This document shows, piece after piece, positions 10,588-24,671 of a stretch of 64,000 nucleotides of DNA. Origin of the DNA: Vezdaea acicularis (Eukaryota); NCBI GenBank assembly GCA_026025075.1, contig JAPEUI010000071.1:1-64000 (forward strand). Reading direction: 5' to 3'. The number at the start of each line of letters is the position of its first letter. The stretch's first letter is position 1. The translations under genes were made by a program, and so were the position numbers. The notes beneath the pieces are model-generated. The model was not told the origin of the DNA. It saw only the letters and a list, made by a program, of their open reading frames with translations, and made no database searches.

Positions 10588-11493
10588 TCAACCTCTTCGA
10601 CGAGTGGTAGGAGACTTCTTTTTAGTGCCAGTAGAGGTACCCGAAGACACGCCCTTCGCAATTTCATCGATCTGTTTGCTAGCCTTCAGCTTCGCGGTTG
10701 GAGCATTCCAGTAGTATATCATCTGCAACGCAATAACAGCATTCAGCGTAAAGCCTGCGATGAAGCCATAAAGGATGAGCTTGTCATCAACCTCCTGGAG
10801 CGTCGTGAAGATACGTGAGAGTGATCCCGCTAGGTAGTTGAATACCTTTGAAAATGGTTAGTTTGCTCCCATGTACCGACTCAGGTGTCAACTTACGGCA
10901 AAAGCGCTCAACTGCCCGGTACCACCCTCCTGGAAGATAGTTAGGATCTGCGGTAGCTTGCTCGCAACTCCTAAGAAGCCTGCTCCAGCCTGTAGGTAGC
11001 TCATCAAGTTCATATCAACGACCCCAGGGTTGAAGAGCGCATATCCCGCCGCAGCTAGACCAGCGACGAAAGTCGCCGCACCTGCCGCCTTTCCTCCATA
11101 TTGCAGCACCAGTACACTAATAATAACATTCTGCACAGCGATCAATGCCGTCTCCCCATACGTGCTGAATGGGAAACCCTGTCGGAAGTTATATGCCAAG
11201 CTTATAAGGTAAGCGGCCGTCTCCAGAAGATAGCTCAGGAAAGATACTCCTTCGCCAGACTTCGATTGCAAGAGCTTAAGGATTTGCGGAACCTTGACTA
11301 TTGACGAGACGCCGATGATGCCGATACCCAGGCCCTTTGAGATGGCGAGCTTGATACATTCTACCGACTCCAAGTTAACGTCTAGGACGAGGGTCTTGTA
11401 ACATTTGTCGCCAATAAGGGAGATCGCGAAGTCGCGGACCGGGGGAGGAAGGGAGTGGGTGAGAGGCTGGAGGGTGCTGCGGACGGCGTCCAT
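10588..11493 (-). CDS. MPDU1: PQ-loop protein, mannose-P-dolichol utilization defect 1 (Lec35) family
   Basis: Two PQ loops (IVKVPQILK, SKLPQILT), FPFSTYGE, TGQLSAFA|VFNYLAGSLSRIFTTLQEVDD; exons 11493-10897 and 10845-10588. Confidence 0.9.
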
Positions 11494-11875
11494 TCTCGGC
11501 TCGAGAGCGAAACTGCCTGGTTAAACGTATTCTGATGTTTCTTGGATTAAGAATGTTTTGTAAGACAATTTGCGCTCGGGAAGGGGTTTCTTGGAGCTGT
11601 GGCCTTAACTTTTCGCGACGGATCAGCTTTCGAGCTTCGGGGCCGCACCCTGCTATGCCGGCGCCGGATGTGGACTAGCGTGCTTCTTTTTAGCTCGCTT
11701 TTCTTGAGGCGCAACTGCTCCCTAGCTATGTCGCTTTTCTCTAGCACCTTGCATCTCTTGAGTCTTCTTCCATTCCTCAAATCAACGACAAGAGTGAGTC
11801 TTCAACTTTCTGCTCACAAATTTTAACTGTTCATCTCTTCCATACAAGGACACCCGTTGTCTAAGTGTGTCAGTC

Positions 11876-14800
11876 ATGTCTTCAGACGTAGAAGAAGAAG
11901 AAGACTCCGAGGAGGAAGTTGGCACTGATCGCCCCAGAAAACGCAGCAAGTACAATCCATTTATTGAATTTGAAGCTGAGGTTGAGAACGAAGATGAGGA
12001 TGTCCTGGAGGATGAAGAGGACGAAATCGAAGAGCAAGCAAAATTCATTGCAGACGTGGAAGATACCAGTCTCCCCGCGCACGAAGCCAACAATGACCGT
12101 CGACATCGTGAGCTGGATCGCCAACGTGCGGCGGAGATGGGAGCACAAGCAGAACAAGTTGCAGCAGATTTCAAGAAACGCTATGCAAAAAGTCGGACAC
12201 AGCAAGCGGATACTTTGGTGGTCCCGAGAAGTCTCCTCGGAGCTGATGTCAACGACCCTGGCATCTGGCGAGTCAAATGCAAAGAAGGAAAAGAGCGCGA
12301 CATTCTATACCAGCTATTCGCTCGGATGGAGAATCCCAGAGCTGGAATCCGCATACTTTCTGCATTTGAGCGTGGTGGTGTCATGAAAGGGGCTATCTAT
12401 GTTGAAGCAGAACAACAATCGGACGTTACGCGAGCTGTGGATGGCATCAGCAATATCTACCCGCGATCGGGCATGATGCTTGTGCCGGTCAAAGAGAGAG
12501 ATGCACTTCTCAGGGTCAAGAAAGACAAGGAGTTGGACCAAGGCACTTATGTACGAATAAAACGGGGAAAGTACGCAGGTGATCTAGCCCAGGTGGAAGA
12601 CATTGAAGAAAACGGCCTCGAAGTGCTCGTTAGGATTGTACCTCGGCTTGATTATGGACTAAACGAAGATCTCAACGCTCCAGTGATCGATGGGCCTGCC
12701 TCAAAACGGAAGAGGATAGGATTGAGCAATGTTCGAAGACCGCCCCAGCGTCTGTTTAGCGAAGTTGAGGCCAGAAAGGTTCACTCGAAACACCTCCAGA
12801 TGATCGCACCGACGAACAAGAAGCATTGGAGTTATCTTGGTGAGAACTACAGCAACGGTTTCCTTATGAAAGAGCTGAAGCTTCAACTTCTTCAAACCCA
12901 AGATGTCAATCCTACCTTGGAAGAAGTGACAAAGTTTGCGTCAGCCAATATGGACGATGGTGGTACCGAGTCATTGGACCTGTCAGCTCTTGCTGTTGCG
13001 AACAAGGACTCGTCTGCACATGGCAATTATGCTACTGGTGAGATGGTCGAGATTAACGAGGGCGAACAAGAAGGCGCCATTGGGAGAGTCACGACTGTTC
13101 GACAAGACATTGTTACATTGCAAGTCACCGAAGGTCCTCTGAAAGGTCAGCACCTTGATTCTCCAGCGAAGTCACTCAGGAAGCGCTTCGAGGAGGGCGA
13201 CCACGTTCAAGTGATCGGTGGCAGCCACTACAAAGATGAGGTGGGGATGATCGTCAAGATCGTCAAAGACAAAGTCACTTTCGTCACAGACCAAACACTA
13301 GACGAACGAACAGTATTCAGTAAAGATTTACGTAAAGCCCAGAACTCCGGGGGGGTAAAGATTGAGGGTCAATATGATTTGCATGACCTCGTTCAGCTAG
13401 AGTAAGCATTTATCTGAATTATGAGAGATCCCTAGCTAACCTTGTGAACAGCCCTTCCACAGTGGGCTGCGTGATTAAGGTTGACCGTCAGTCATTACGG
13501 ATACTGGACCAAAACGGATCTATCCGTATAGTACAACCCTCACAAATATCCAACAAGGTGGAGCGAAAGCGTCACGCAGTCGCAGTCGATAAGAACGGCT
13601 CAGAAATCCGGGTCGAAGATAAAGTTCGGGAAGTTGGTGGCGACTCAAGAGAGGGAAGCATAATCCACATCCACCACTCTTTCCTGTTCCTCCACAACCG
13701 CGACATAGTGGAGAACTCGGGTGTGTATGTCGTCCGAACAGGTAACGTAGCGACCATGGTGGCAAGAGGTGGCCGTCCTGGAGGAAGCAGCGCCATGGAC
13801 CTAACCAAGATGAACCCCTCGATGCAGAGGAATGGAGCTAACAGCGACATGGCACCCCCCAAGACCTTCGGCCGAGACAAAGCCCTTGGCCAAACTGTCA
13901 CCATCCGCCGCGGCCCACACAAAGGCCTTGTCGGCATCGTCAAAGATACTACTGACGACACCGCCCGTGTGGAACTGCACACCAAGAGTAAGATCATCAC
14001 CATCAGCAAAGACCTCCTCGGCTTCCGAGACGCACACACAGGGCAGACGAAGACATACGCCGAGCTGATCAGCTTCCGCGGCGGTCGTGGCGCCCCACGC
14101 GACTCCGGCTACCCCTCCCACGGCAGCACTCCCTCTGCCCGAAGCCGCCCAGAGCCTTATGGCGCTCGCTCAGAATACAGCAGCCTGCCCTCGCGTATCC
14201 CCGCCACTATCGACGGGCACCGCACGCCCTCCCGCCCCATCGACGACCACAGCAACATCAGCGATGGGCGCACCCCGGTGTGGTCTCGCACCCCGAGCTG
14301 GGCGCGCGTGCCGCTCGAGGACGCCAATGGCGCTGCTTCTCTTGCTGCTGCCGGCGGCAAGACACCCCTGTCAGGCGGCAAGACTCCCGCGCCGTCGCAC
14401 GTGTACGGTGGCGATACGGGCTACAGCTCCGCCGCAGACGCATTCGCCGCCGGCTCCAAAACACCTGGTTACAGCATGAGCTCTAGCTCTAGCTACGGGG
14501 GACCAGGAGGAGACCCTTTTGCTGCGGGCGGCATGACGCCAGGTCCTGCCTGGGGCAAGACCGAGTCTGAGTCTCTGACCGCGTCTGCGCTTGCGGCTGC
14601 TGCTGCTGCGCCAACGCCTGGTCCTACGACTGACTGGTACGGCAGTGGCGGGCGTGAAACCGATCATCCGACGCCTGGCGCGGGTCTGGGCGGGCTCAAT
14701 GCGCCAACACCGGCGTTCAGTCCGCAAACGCCCGGGGTGTGGGGGGGTGCGATCGATGCGCCGACGCCTGGTGGAAAGGTCGTTGCGACGCCCGCGGGGA

Positions 14801-14877
14801 GTGGGAGTATGCCCGAGACGCCGGCGGGATGGGGGGGCGAGGACGATGGGCCGAGGTACGCGACGCCGAGTCCGTAG
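11876..14877 (+). CDS. SPT5: Transcription elongation factor Spt5
   Basis: Acidic N-terminus, NGN domain (DPGIWRVKCKEGKER..YVEA), multiple KOW motifs, C-terminal G(K/R)TP and APTP repeats; intron 13402-13451. Start codon inferred. Confidence 0.95.
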
Positions 14878-15712
14878 GAGCTGGGAGGAGCTGGTGGGCA
14901 TTGTTACTGGCGGAGAGAGAGGCAAATGTGTTTGGGGACGGTTCTTCTGTCTATGAGGGATGATGCCATCTGGATAAGGGACCTGTGCATTCATGACGCC
15001 AGGCCGATCGTGAGCGCTTTCCACTTCAATCAGCCCTTAAAAGTGAGTGCACAAGGAAAGATGAGTTTTGCCGGCGGCATAGTTTACGCAAATCTGTACC
15101 GTAGTCCAACTCACGCGAATCAAAATAGAACACAACATAAAAAGCGCGCTGTGAAAGCGCGCTGTGGTTGAAATGCCCCCTTTTCTCTCCCTCAGAGCCT
15201 AAACATTCCTGTCCCCTCCTTCCCTACCCCAATGGACGCCTTTTTTTTTGTTTTCTTTGCATGGATAAGTCAAGTGATGAGATGGGAAGTGTGGGATGGT
15301 GGGGTTTTGTCGCTTTGCTATGGCTTGCTTCCTAGCTCCCTATTTCTCGGTTTGTCTTTTCGACTGGACTTAACTAGAATGGACTCGCTACGATGCTGGA
15401 TGATGCATATGAGATCACCACCTAAAGAGAAGAGAGAAGTAGGGGAAAGGAGGGGAGAGGGAGAGAAAAGGACTGGAAGGAGAAGGAGAGTGAGAACGGG
15501 TTGAGAAATGAAGAAAAGAAGGATTATCCTGCTATATGCTTGCTATCCGCACTTGCTATTTCACTTGGAAAACTGCGCTTGCTACCCTGCCTATTTGCCC
15601 CCACGTTTCCCTTTTTTTCATTCCTCCTATGCCTCTATCTATCCCCCCGTCCCCTCCCCTTACTCCATACCCCTTCCCGCCCCAGCAGAAACCCCCTATA
15701 GCGAAAACACCT

Positions 15713-17615
15713 CTACCCGCGATGCAAGCCATGCTCCATACACCCACCAACGACCCACCTTTCCCACATCCTCCGCTGCTCAGGACTGACGACGCGGCCA
15801 TTATCGCCCAGATCTTCTTTATCGACGCGGCTTGCAGGCGCAGCGGTAGCAGTAGCAGCAGCACCACTGGCCCCAGCAGCACTAGACCCGCCAGCCCCAG
15901 CATTATCAGCAGCACTACTACTACTCCTCCTCCTCCCGCAACGGCACCAGGGCGCAGAGCCAGGTGTGTCGGGAGCAGGTGCGTCGGGGGAGAGGGCGAG
16001 GGCGTGGGCGTCGGGGCCGTGGTCGGAGGTGAGTTGGGGGTCGGAGATATCGGAGGCGAAGGAGGAGGTATCGTCGATATCGTCCTGATCGTCATCGTCA
16101 TCGTCATCGAGATGATCAGCATCGAGGACGTCCGCGCCGACGACACCAAGTCCACTGTTCCCTGCCGCTAGCCCGCCGTGGCCGCCACCACCGCCACTAC
16201 TACTAGGTGCGCCCGCGTTGTTGTTGTCGTCGTCGCCGTGATCCGAGTCTTCAGTCTCTGAAGAGAAGGGCGTGAGACTCTCGTCACCGCTCTCGCCCTC
16301 GGTGGAGGAGTAGGAATCCGGGACTTCCATCGCCTGCGCGTCAACCTCGTCGAATGTGGCCGCGTAGCCGATCCGGCGTAGGCTGACCCAGTCGAGAAGG
16401 GTCATCTCTTCTCGCAGACAGGCGAGGACGTCCTTCCAGCGGCTATCGCCGGTGAGGAGGACGTCGCGGAGGCGGAGGCCACGTAGAGAGTGGCGGTGGC
16501 GGCGGGCGAGGCGGAGGATGGAGTCAGCGTCGAGGCGCCAAGCCTGGATGCCAAGGGCGCGGAGCTTGTCCCATTGCACGTGGTGGAAAATGGATTCGAG
16601 GGGGAGGGAGAGGGGGGCACGCGAGGGAAAGCCGACGTGGACGGCTTGCATGCCTGTCGCGGCTTCGAAGACCGTCTTGAATAGGCCGGAGAGCTGGTGC
16701 ATCTTGTCGTCGAGGTTGGTCCAGTCGTCAAAGTGTAGTTCGAGGCAGGTGAGGCGCGCGGCGAGGGATTGGAGGAGGGGGGAGGAGCGCGGGTTGAGCG
16801 GGTCGAGCGAGGACTGGGGCGACATCATCGGCCCGGAGAAGCGCGAGAAGGAGCTTTCGGCGGAGAGGAGGGCCTCTCCGGTCGTGCGGGTCGCGTGCAA
16901 GCAGGCGGGCGTCCACGCGAGATCGACGAGGCGTGGGGCCGAGTCATGGTGGGCATGTAGGCAGTCGATCAGGTGGCGGTCGGCTTCGTCTTGTAAGCGG
17001 AGCAGCTGGACATGTTGCAGGGAGGTGAATGCACTCATGGCCGTCTTGAGGACAGATACATCGAGCCCGGAGTGGATGATTTCGCGCTGTTCGCGGGCTT
17101 TGGATTTGTAGATGCTGGGGTCGAGGCCGGCGAGGTCCTCACGATATTCGCGGAAGAGGTCATCGATGCGTTCTCGGCCTGGATCGTGGAGAGGTGGGAT
17201 GTTAGTATATGGGTTTTTCTATCCGTGCAGGATGACGAGAGGGGGGGAAGGGGAAACAGTAGACAGTTCAGCTGCTACTCATACCTTCGACGTAGAAGAA
17301 AGGTATCATATAACTGAACTTCTTGACATGCTCCGCCAGGTGCGGCTGCTCCGCGATGTTCTTCAGGCGGCGGAAGCCCTTCTTCGAGAAGCGGGTGGTG
17401 ATCCTCGTGAACTGGTGGCGGACGCCGATGGCGGCGAACCTCTTGCACACCAGGCGGAAGTTGGCAACATCCTGCGCCCGATCTGGCACCGGCTCAGGTA
17501 GCCTAAAGCTCTCGACCGACAGGTACCTGCGCACGTCGATAGGCAGCGTCTTTTCCGGATCGCAGTCGATGTGGTCGAGGATTTCCTGTATCAACTCGGG
17601 GAGAAGCTTCTCCAT
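15713..17615 (-). CDS. F-box-like protein with LRR-like body and acidic C-terminus
   Basis: N-terminal LLPELIQEILDHI...FRLVCKRF; exons 17615-17285 and 17178-15713 join in frame (GTATGA..CTAAC..CAG). Confidence 0.75.
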
Positions 17616-17779
17616 TCAAGCGCAAAAAGGTGATTTGGGAGAGAACACTGAGGGCAAGGCCAGTGATCAAACTCCACGTGGCGACCGCCGTTTCTCGCAA
17701 TGGGGGAGCTTCGGAGTGGAATGGACAATGTAATGGAAACTGGTGGGAAGCGTCGTGGAGGAGGAGAGGGGAGGTGCTC

Positions 17780-17890
17780 TCTGACTGTCTGACGGTCTAG
17801 CTGGCTGTCTGATTGTCTGGACTGTCTGTCTCGCTGTCTCTCTTTCTCTCTTTCTCGCACGCGTTCTCCCTCTCTCTCGCGCTCTCTCTT
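17780..17890. repeat. Degenerate (CTGT)n/(CT)n microsatellite upstream of the F-box-like gene
   Basis: ctgactgtctgacggtct...ctgtctgtctcgctgtctctctttctctctttctc; further GA/CT tracts near 18430, 18625-18670 and 19055-19090. Confidence 0.7.
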
Positions 17891-20012
17891 TCGTGTCGTG
17901 CAATTGGTAGCCGCGGCGGAGAGCAATGGGCGAGCTAGCATCTCCAACGTCAGTGGAAGTTGGCGGCCAACGCATGACATATGAAAGCGAGGGAAGCCGG
18001 AGCGCCATTCGAGAGGAGCTGTCTCGCTGCGAGTGCGTCTGTCTGCGTCGCGCTACTTTCCGATTGTCTCTCCGTCAGGTAGCAAGAAGAGAGAAAGGCA
18101 ACGGCGGGGCGGACACGATCCTGGAGCGGAACGATGCACGTCGGCGTAGGTCGGTGTCGCAGAGGAGGGCCGCCGGCGCGGATGATTGGCCGCGGGCCGC
18201 CCCCGCGAAGTCACATGACTGACAGAGCACCGCGGGAGTGGGTGGGCCGACGGGAACGCATCTCGTGCGAGGTAGTCCCATGCGTGGCCCATGCGCGTCG
18301 TAGCGAGTAAGAGACAGGAGGGGGGGAAGGTGTCCAGTCAGCAGCCACCGAGATAGTACGGCGGAGAGGGCACACAAAGCGAGAGGGTACACACACGGCG
18401 AGAGGGAGAGAACCGCAGCAGCCAATCCCCTCCCCCTCTCTCTTCTCCCCCCCCACAGCCAAGCGAATGCATCAATCAACGGGCAAAACGTCGGCAGGAA
18501 GCGAGAGGACGAGGAGCTCGTTCTCGCTCCGACGTCAAGAGGCTACTGTCGCCTGCGGTATGCAGCTGATACGCCGTTGGCTGAACGGATGTCGTACTTC
18601 CCAGCTGACAGTGGTAGCTCGTTTGTAAGAGAGAGACAGAGAGAGAGACACTCACTGGGGGAGAGATAGAGGACCACAGAGGACAGTCGACTCGAAGCTC
18701 AGCGCGAGCAACGCAGCGGCTACACCAACGTCAAGCATGCATACGACCTCTCATCCATCCATCCATCAATCACCCCAAGAAGACCCGGCCAAAGAGCTGC
18801 CTGCCTGCCGTCGAATGGCACGAGGCAGCTGATCATTGTACAACATTCGACGCAAAGAGACGGTGGAGAGAGACATCTTTAATTGATCAGTGATACGTCC
18901 GAAGAAACCTTGGCTCCTCCCTCCTCCCAATCCAACACGATACCATTTCAAGCGCCACCCGGATGCGAGGCGCTGATTGGCGGACGCCTCGCGCCGAGAG
19001 AAGCATCGACGACGTAGACGACCGAAGGCCAAACGCCGAGCTCAGCCTTTGACCTCTTCTCTCTCTATGTGTGTCTCCGTGTATCTCTCTCGATAGATGC
19101 TTGACGTTGCTTTATCCAAGAGATACCCCCACATCAACCACCACACCCCACCTGCCCCCTTTCCGCCAATTTAGAAACGTAACTGCGTTCACTATGCCCC
19201 CCTTGACGATGGCGACAGTGGAGCGGTACATCTCTGAGAACACCGGGAAAGAAAAGTGACATTCCTTCCTCTCTGCGGCGCTCCTCCTTGCGCCCGCCGC
19301 AGACAGTGATGCCAACTGTATTCGCAAGATTGGACGGATGGACGCTTGCATGCGTTATCAAAGCTGGTGGACGCGCAAGACCAGGGTGCATTCCGGGCCC
19401 AGAAAAATAAAGTCTCGGAGAAAACACCAACAGGTGATGGCAACCGCGGGCGCAAAAGGACGCAAGATGCCAGATGCGGTTCTGCCTGCGTTGGCCACTT
19501 CATGCAGCGAACGACGAAAAAGGCCGAATTAAAGTCCAAGTCGCGCTCGCTACGAGCCGCAAAACAGCGTGGAACATCCGCTCCCTCTTGTTCCACCCCG
19601 CCCTCTCCCTCTCTTTCCGCCTCCATCGTCACCACTTCGACTGTACTCCACGTCCACCCAGTAAAAATAGAATGATGGCCCCCCGCGGCCGCCGGCCGTT
19701 GCGGGATGGCTTTTCCTAACGGACAAGACCGCCAACGGGGCCCTGCAGAAAAAGGCCCGGGCTTGCTTTCTTAGTTTCGGGAAAGCCGATGACTTGCGTG
19801 CTCCCACCCGTGCCGCCAACCCGCAGAGCCACCAGGGCCGCGTCGAAGCGCGGGGACTGGATTCGATATCACCGAAGCATCCAGACAATACTACTGCGAA
19901 TCATGCATCTCACTTTCTCGACGATCCGAATAGTGAACTTTCCTGGCTTGTACCTTATCCGCTCCAGTGCAGTCCGGCCGAGTGCAAGACTTAGTCAGCT
20001 GAGAACTCGGAT

Positions 20013-21254
20013 TCAACCCGCGGCCTTGGCGCGCGCCCTCTCGCTTTTTTGCCGCCGAATCTCCGTGCTGCTGATCTTCCCTTCATATGAAGCCCGCATT
20101 TCCGCACTGGGCTCGTCCTCCAAATGGGTGTCCAGCACGTCGACTTCGAAGACCTCCAGACCCGGCCAGCCTTTCGCCTCGCGCTTGTCGTTCACCGCCT
20201 TGCCGCCGTCGCGAGTCTCTCCAGAGACGACCAGGGCAGATATGGCTGGATCGGTAATCGTGGGTCCGAAAGGATCGGAGATCTCGACACATTCGATCAT
20301 TAGCTTATGCGGGAGGACCACGCTTCGAGCTCTTTCTTCCGTGACAGGCGTCGCGATAGATGGTTCCGGTGGGCTCTTTTGTCCTGGGGGTCTGAAGTCG
20401 AGGATGGCTTCCAGGTAATCAGCCACGCCTCTCTGCCGATCTTCCCAGCTCTGCAGATATGTGTGATGTTTCTTGTTCTTAAGCAGCTCGTCGCCCGTGA
20501 TTCCGACGATGAGGCGGCGCGCTTGTTCATCCGCCTGGCCATCGACCAGAAATGCCGTCATCGAGAGCAGAAGCTTGTGGCCTGCATGGAGGTTGTCGAA
20601 GGTGCCGCCAACGGCAACTGCATAGTGCCGTTGAGCTTCGGCATCGGGATGCATTTCAGAGACGTCAGAGATGCTCACGCCACTTCTTAGCTTCTCGTGC
20701 TCCCAGGGCGTGCCAGACTTGAAAACCAAAGCTGTAAATGAGGAGAACTCTTGAAATATACGATCTCCTTCATGACCATTGACCGTGTATAAATATGCCC
20801 AGTCCCTTCGTGAATACGCCAGGGTTGCAAGATCAATAATTGGACCCTGAGCAAGCTCGGCAGAATCCTGATCGAGACTTTCAACAGAGGGCTGCTCGGA
20901 GCCATGGGCGAGGAGCAGAAAGCGGACATCAATGCCAGAAGCATCTTGGGTGTCAATCTGGTCTCTTGCACACATGATCGATGCCAATGTATACAAAGCA
21001 GCCAAGACTTTGTGCGTATGATCAAAAAGTGAAGACCTTGGTATGCGACTCTGCCCCACTAAATGGCTGCAAGGCACCGCAATATCAAGAATAGCTGCCC
21101 TTGATGAACGATTTATGACCCTCAACAGAGAGTGGATTGCAGACGACAGAGGAATTTCTAGAAGGTTTTTGATAGCTTTAAAATCTGTTTGCTTTGGTAG
21201 GGCTGGGAGTAGAAGTAAAGCATAAGGAGGGGTTAAAGTCTCCATCGTAGACAT
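20013..21254 (-). CDS. CAB4: Phosphopantetheine adenylyltransferase (cytidylyltransferase family)
   Basis: AVGGTFDNLHAGHKLLL (HxGH), ISDPFGPTIT, LVVSGET and KISSTEIR motifs; first ATG at 21254. Confidence 0.9.
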   Translation of the reverse strand: MSTMETLTPPYALLLLPALPKQTDFKAIKNLLEIPLSSAIHSLLRVINRSSRAAILDIAVPCSHLVGQSRIPRSSLFDHTHKVLAALYTLASIMCARDQIDTQDASGIDVRFLLLAHGSEQPSVESLDQDSAELAQGPIIDLATLAYSRRDWAYLYTVNGHEGDRIFQEFSSFTALVFKSGTPWEHEKLRSGVSISDVSEMHPDAEAQRHYAVAVGGTFDNLHAGHKLLLSMTAFLVDGQADEQARRLIVGITGDELLKNKKHHTYLQSWEDRQRGVADYLEAILDFRPPGQKSPPEPSIATPVTEERARSVVLPHKLMIECVEISDPFGPTITDPAISALVVSGETRDGGKAVNDKREAKGWPGLEVFEVDVLDTHLEDEPSAEMRASYEGKISSTEIRRQKSERARAKAAG

Positions 21255-21606
21255 ATCTGCAACGAAACTAAGTCTTTTATATTCATTAATCCAAGAGCGT
21301 ACTTGGTGTGTTAAGTCGGGGTACCGATGGGAAGGAAAATTCAAGAAAATAAGTGTGAACCGTTCTCCGAGATCTGCAAGATAGCTGGCTCCGAAGCTTT
21401 TTACTAGCTTTGAAGAGTCGTTGATGAGACTCGATGATTTGTGAGTATGCCAATCTGATTTCGGCTAAGCTCCGAGCCAACAGCACTTCTCTGCGCCTAC
21501 AATCTTTAGACGCCGGCTCACCAGCCTCGAGCATCAGCAATTTCAGATTTCCTTGAAAATCATCGTTGTACCTGCCTTGCCTTGGGCGTCCGAGGGTTCG
21601 GCGGCA

Positions 21607-24004
21607 ATGATGCCTTTCCACCACCACTCTCCATCATCTTCGCAACAGAACCCACCCTCGAATCACCCTGGCGCCGCATCTGCAATCTTTCAGGCCACTC
21701 AAGCTCTAGGATCAGTCGGAGCTCCAGCTGGGAGTCTAAGAGTTGCAACTTCAGGCGCAGGGATGACGAATCCAGATGATTATCTGCCTTCGCCGGGGGG
21801 CGGAAGCGGCCTGCCCGTGAACAGCAGTGGAGGGCAGACAGCTCCACCAGCAACATCAGGGTTGCCCCATCCGCAGTCCGCTAATCCGTCAGCTGCACCC
21901 GGTTCTGCAACAACGGGGCAGATGCAGCAGTTCCAGACACCGAGACGGACCCAGACGTTTGGGAGGCAACCAGAGGAGCTTCATCTGCCCACATCACCGA
22001 TAAGTCAACCAGGTTCGAATACACAGTCTCTTGACGCACAGCAGTACTACTTTCAAAACAATCCAGAGGGGCAATCTGGCCATGTTCAACACGGCCAACT
22101 CGCGCCAAACATAAATGTGCAACAATCTACACCCAGTAGCGCACAATATGCGTCTTCACCTGGGGGATTGCCGGGTTCCTTGCAACCAGGCAATCCTACA
22201 AGGCCAGGACCCTTATCGAGTAATACAGCCCCTTCCACAGTTCCAACCATGCCTCAATTATCACACCAGCAGCAATCCTCGCAACAGCAGCAGCAGCAAC
22301 AACAGACACCATCGCGCACTTCCACGCTAAATCACACGCACAGCTACTCGAGATCGAGTCCTTCTGGTTTTGAGGGTCAGAAGTATGTCCCGTTCTCGAA
22401 CACCCCAGAGAACTCCAAGTTTGCGTCTCCACCTAATTCAAAATATACCCCCATCCAGGGCATTGGGACATCTCAGTCGCCGCTGGGTCTTGCAGATATC
22501 AGACCAAGGGCAGACTCGGGAATGTCCGACTCACCGTATGGTGCAAATCCATACTCCTACGACGGGATGACGGCGGCGCCGACAAACAGCAATTACCTAG
22601 CCCCTTGGGCAATATATGCATTTGATTGGTGTAAATGGCCCGTGCAGCAACAAGGTTCAGCTGGGAAGATAGCTGTCGGTAGCTACCTAGAGGATGGACA
22701 TAACTTTGTACGCGGCCCTCCTCGTTTGAAGTTGCTGAGCATGGCTTTATCAGCTGCGGTAACGTTCTCGAGTATTTCACTTGGCTGATTACACCAGATT
22801 CAAATTCTTGATACCCACGTCGTTCCCGAGCAATCTGCGCCAGGCGGGCCTTCTTACAGCATGGACTTTTCTAAGCTGGCTGAGGCTACTCACCCTTACC
22901 CCGTTACCCGAATACTATGGGAGCCTCCGTCATCTCAAAAGCAAACAACAGACCTGCTAGCAACTTCAGGAGACCATCTTAGACTGTGGTCGTTACCGCC
23001 CAACGCCTCAGCTTCTAGCGCCAGTAATTCAATAACTCGTACCTCGAACTCACACAACCCCGCACCTCATAAGCTCACACCTCTTGCCTTACTCTCGAAC
23101 TCGAAATCCCCTGAGCATACTGCTCCACTCACGTCCCTTGACTGGAACACGCTCTCACCTAGTTTGATCATCACCTCCAGCATTGATACGACTTGCACGA
23201 TATGGGATATACCTACCCTCACTGCCAAAACCCAGCTCATTGCTCATGATAAGGAAGTGTTCGACGTCCGATTTTGCGCCAATAGCGTGGACGTGTTTGT
23301 AAGTTGCGGAGCTGATGGCAGCGTTCGGATGTTCGATCTGCGGAGCTTGGAGCATAGCACGATCATTTATGAGCCCTCGGAGAAGGGCGACAAAGGTAAT
23401 TCCGCCTCTTCGTTTGTGAAAATATAGCTGACAATCCAAGAATCTGGCTCCGGTAAAATGAGCCCCACGACCGCGCAGCAAACAATGACATACTCGCCGC
23501 CCCTGCTCCGATTAGCTGGTAAGTTCTAGGAAGCTCATTTTCATTTTAACAGAGCCCGTTATTAATGATTTACCAACAGCTTCTCCGCATGATGCTCACC
23601 TCCTAGCGACCTTTTCGCAAGACTCAAACATCATCCGCATCCTTGACGTGCGGCAGCCCGGTCAAGCCCTGCTAGAGCTGCAAGGCCACTCCGCATCCGT
23701 AAACTGCATCGAATGGTCTCCCTCACGCCGAGGCACTCTCGCCACAGGCGGCGACGACTCGCTCGTCCTCTTATGGGACCTCCTCAACCAGGGCAATGCC
23801 GCCGCAACCCCTACCGCATCTATCAACGGCGTGCCACACGGGCAAGCCGGGACGACGAATGACCATGGGCGGGCGCCGGCTGCGAGCTGGAGGTGCGAGT
23901 ACGAGGTTGGCAATCTGAGCTGGGCGCCGCAGAGCGCGTTGACGAGTCAGGGCGATTGGCTTGGCGTTAGTGGCGGGAGGGGCGTTTGGGGCGTAAAGTT
24001 ATAG
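21607..24004 (+). CDS. WD40 protein of the DCAF7/AN11/YPL247C family with Q/P/S-rich N-terminus
   Basis: HPYPVTRILWEP, LLATSGDHLRLW, APLTSLDWN, TQLIAHDKEVFDV, GADGSVRMFDLRSLEHSTIIYE; introns 22708-22797, 23396-23440, 23519-23579. Start could also be 21763. Confidence 0.9.
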
Positions 24005-24671
24005 AAGCAGTTGGAGCGACGCGCTATCTGAGCCATGGGGATGGGATGTGGTGCCGGTTCATTGTATGGCTCTCGACACTTCATTACAGGATATCTGACC
24101 GTCGTTTTCTTGGCATTCAAGCAAGCGGAGGCGTTTTGGTTGTGCATGTGGTTGGCCAGTTAACGGTCTCTATAGCCATAAAAGCTAGTTATGATACCAC
24201 TATTTATCACACAAGTACAAGCGATGGACCCATGATTGAGCATAGAGGCTCTTCAAATGCCGAAGGCAGAATCGGGGCTTTTGGATTACTTCGTCATCAG
24301 TACAAGGCGAAGAAAGCTAGATTTTGAGCGACGGCTGTTACTATATCTGGTGATATCATTCTGCTCAGGAGAAATGTTGATCCATTTTAACCAAAATAAG
24401 GAAGTAACCCAAAGCGTCTTAACGAGCAGGTTGGTGGTGTTAGTTTGCTTCGTTTACCCCTGTCCTCAAGCGATTCGGGAACTTCCCGAACCAGCTTGCT
24501 GCCTCCCCCATGCACACACGAGCACCGTGAATGACTCGTTCAAACTGGCCAGCACGTGCTATAAAATGCGTCCAGCCTTTATGACACCATAGCTATCCAG
24601 ACAGGAACGCAGTCTCCATTCATCGTCTGCACCCTCTCGCATCCCCATCCCGCCAGCAAAAGTCTAACATC

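Noticed and set aside
14371..17501. Many overlapping ORFs of 100-220 aa
   Set aside because: Alternative-frame or antisense by-products of the GC-rich SPT5 and F-box-like genes; low-complexity translations.
17620..19990. Short ORFs between the F-box-like gene and CAB4
   Set aside because: Microsatellite-rich, no consistent splice model or domain; more likely a long promoter or leader.
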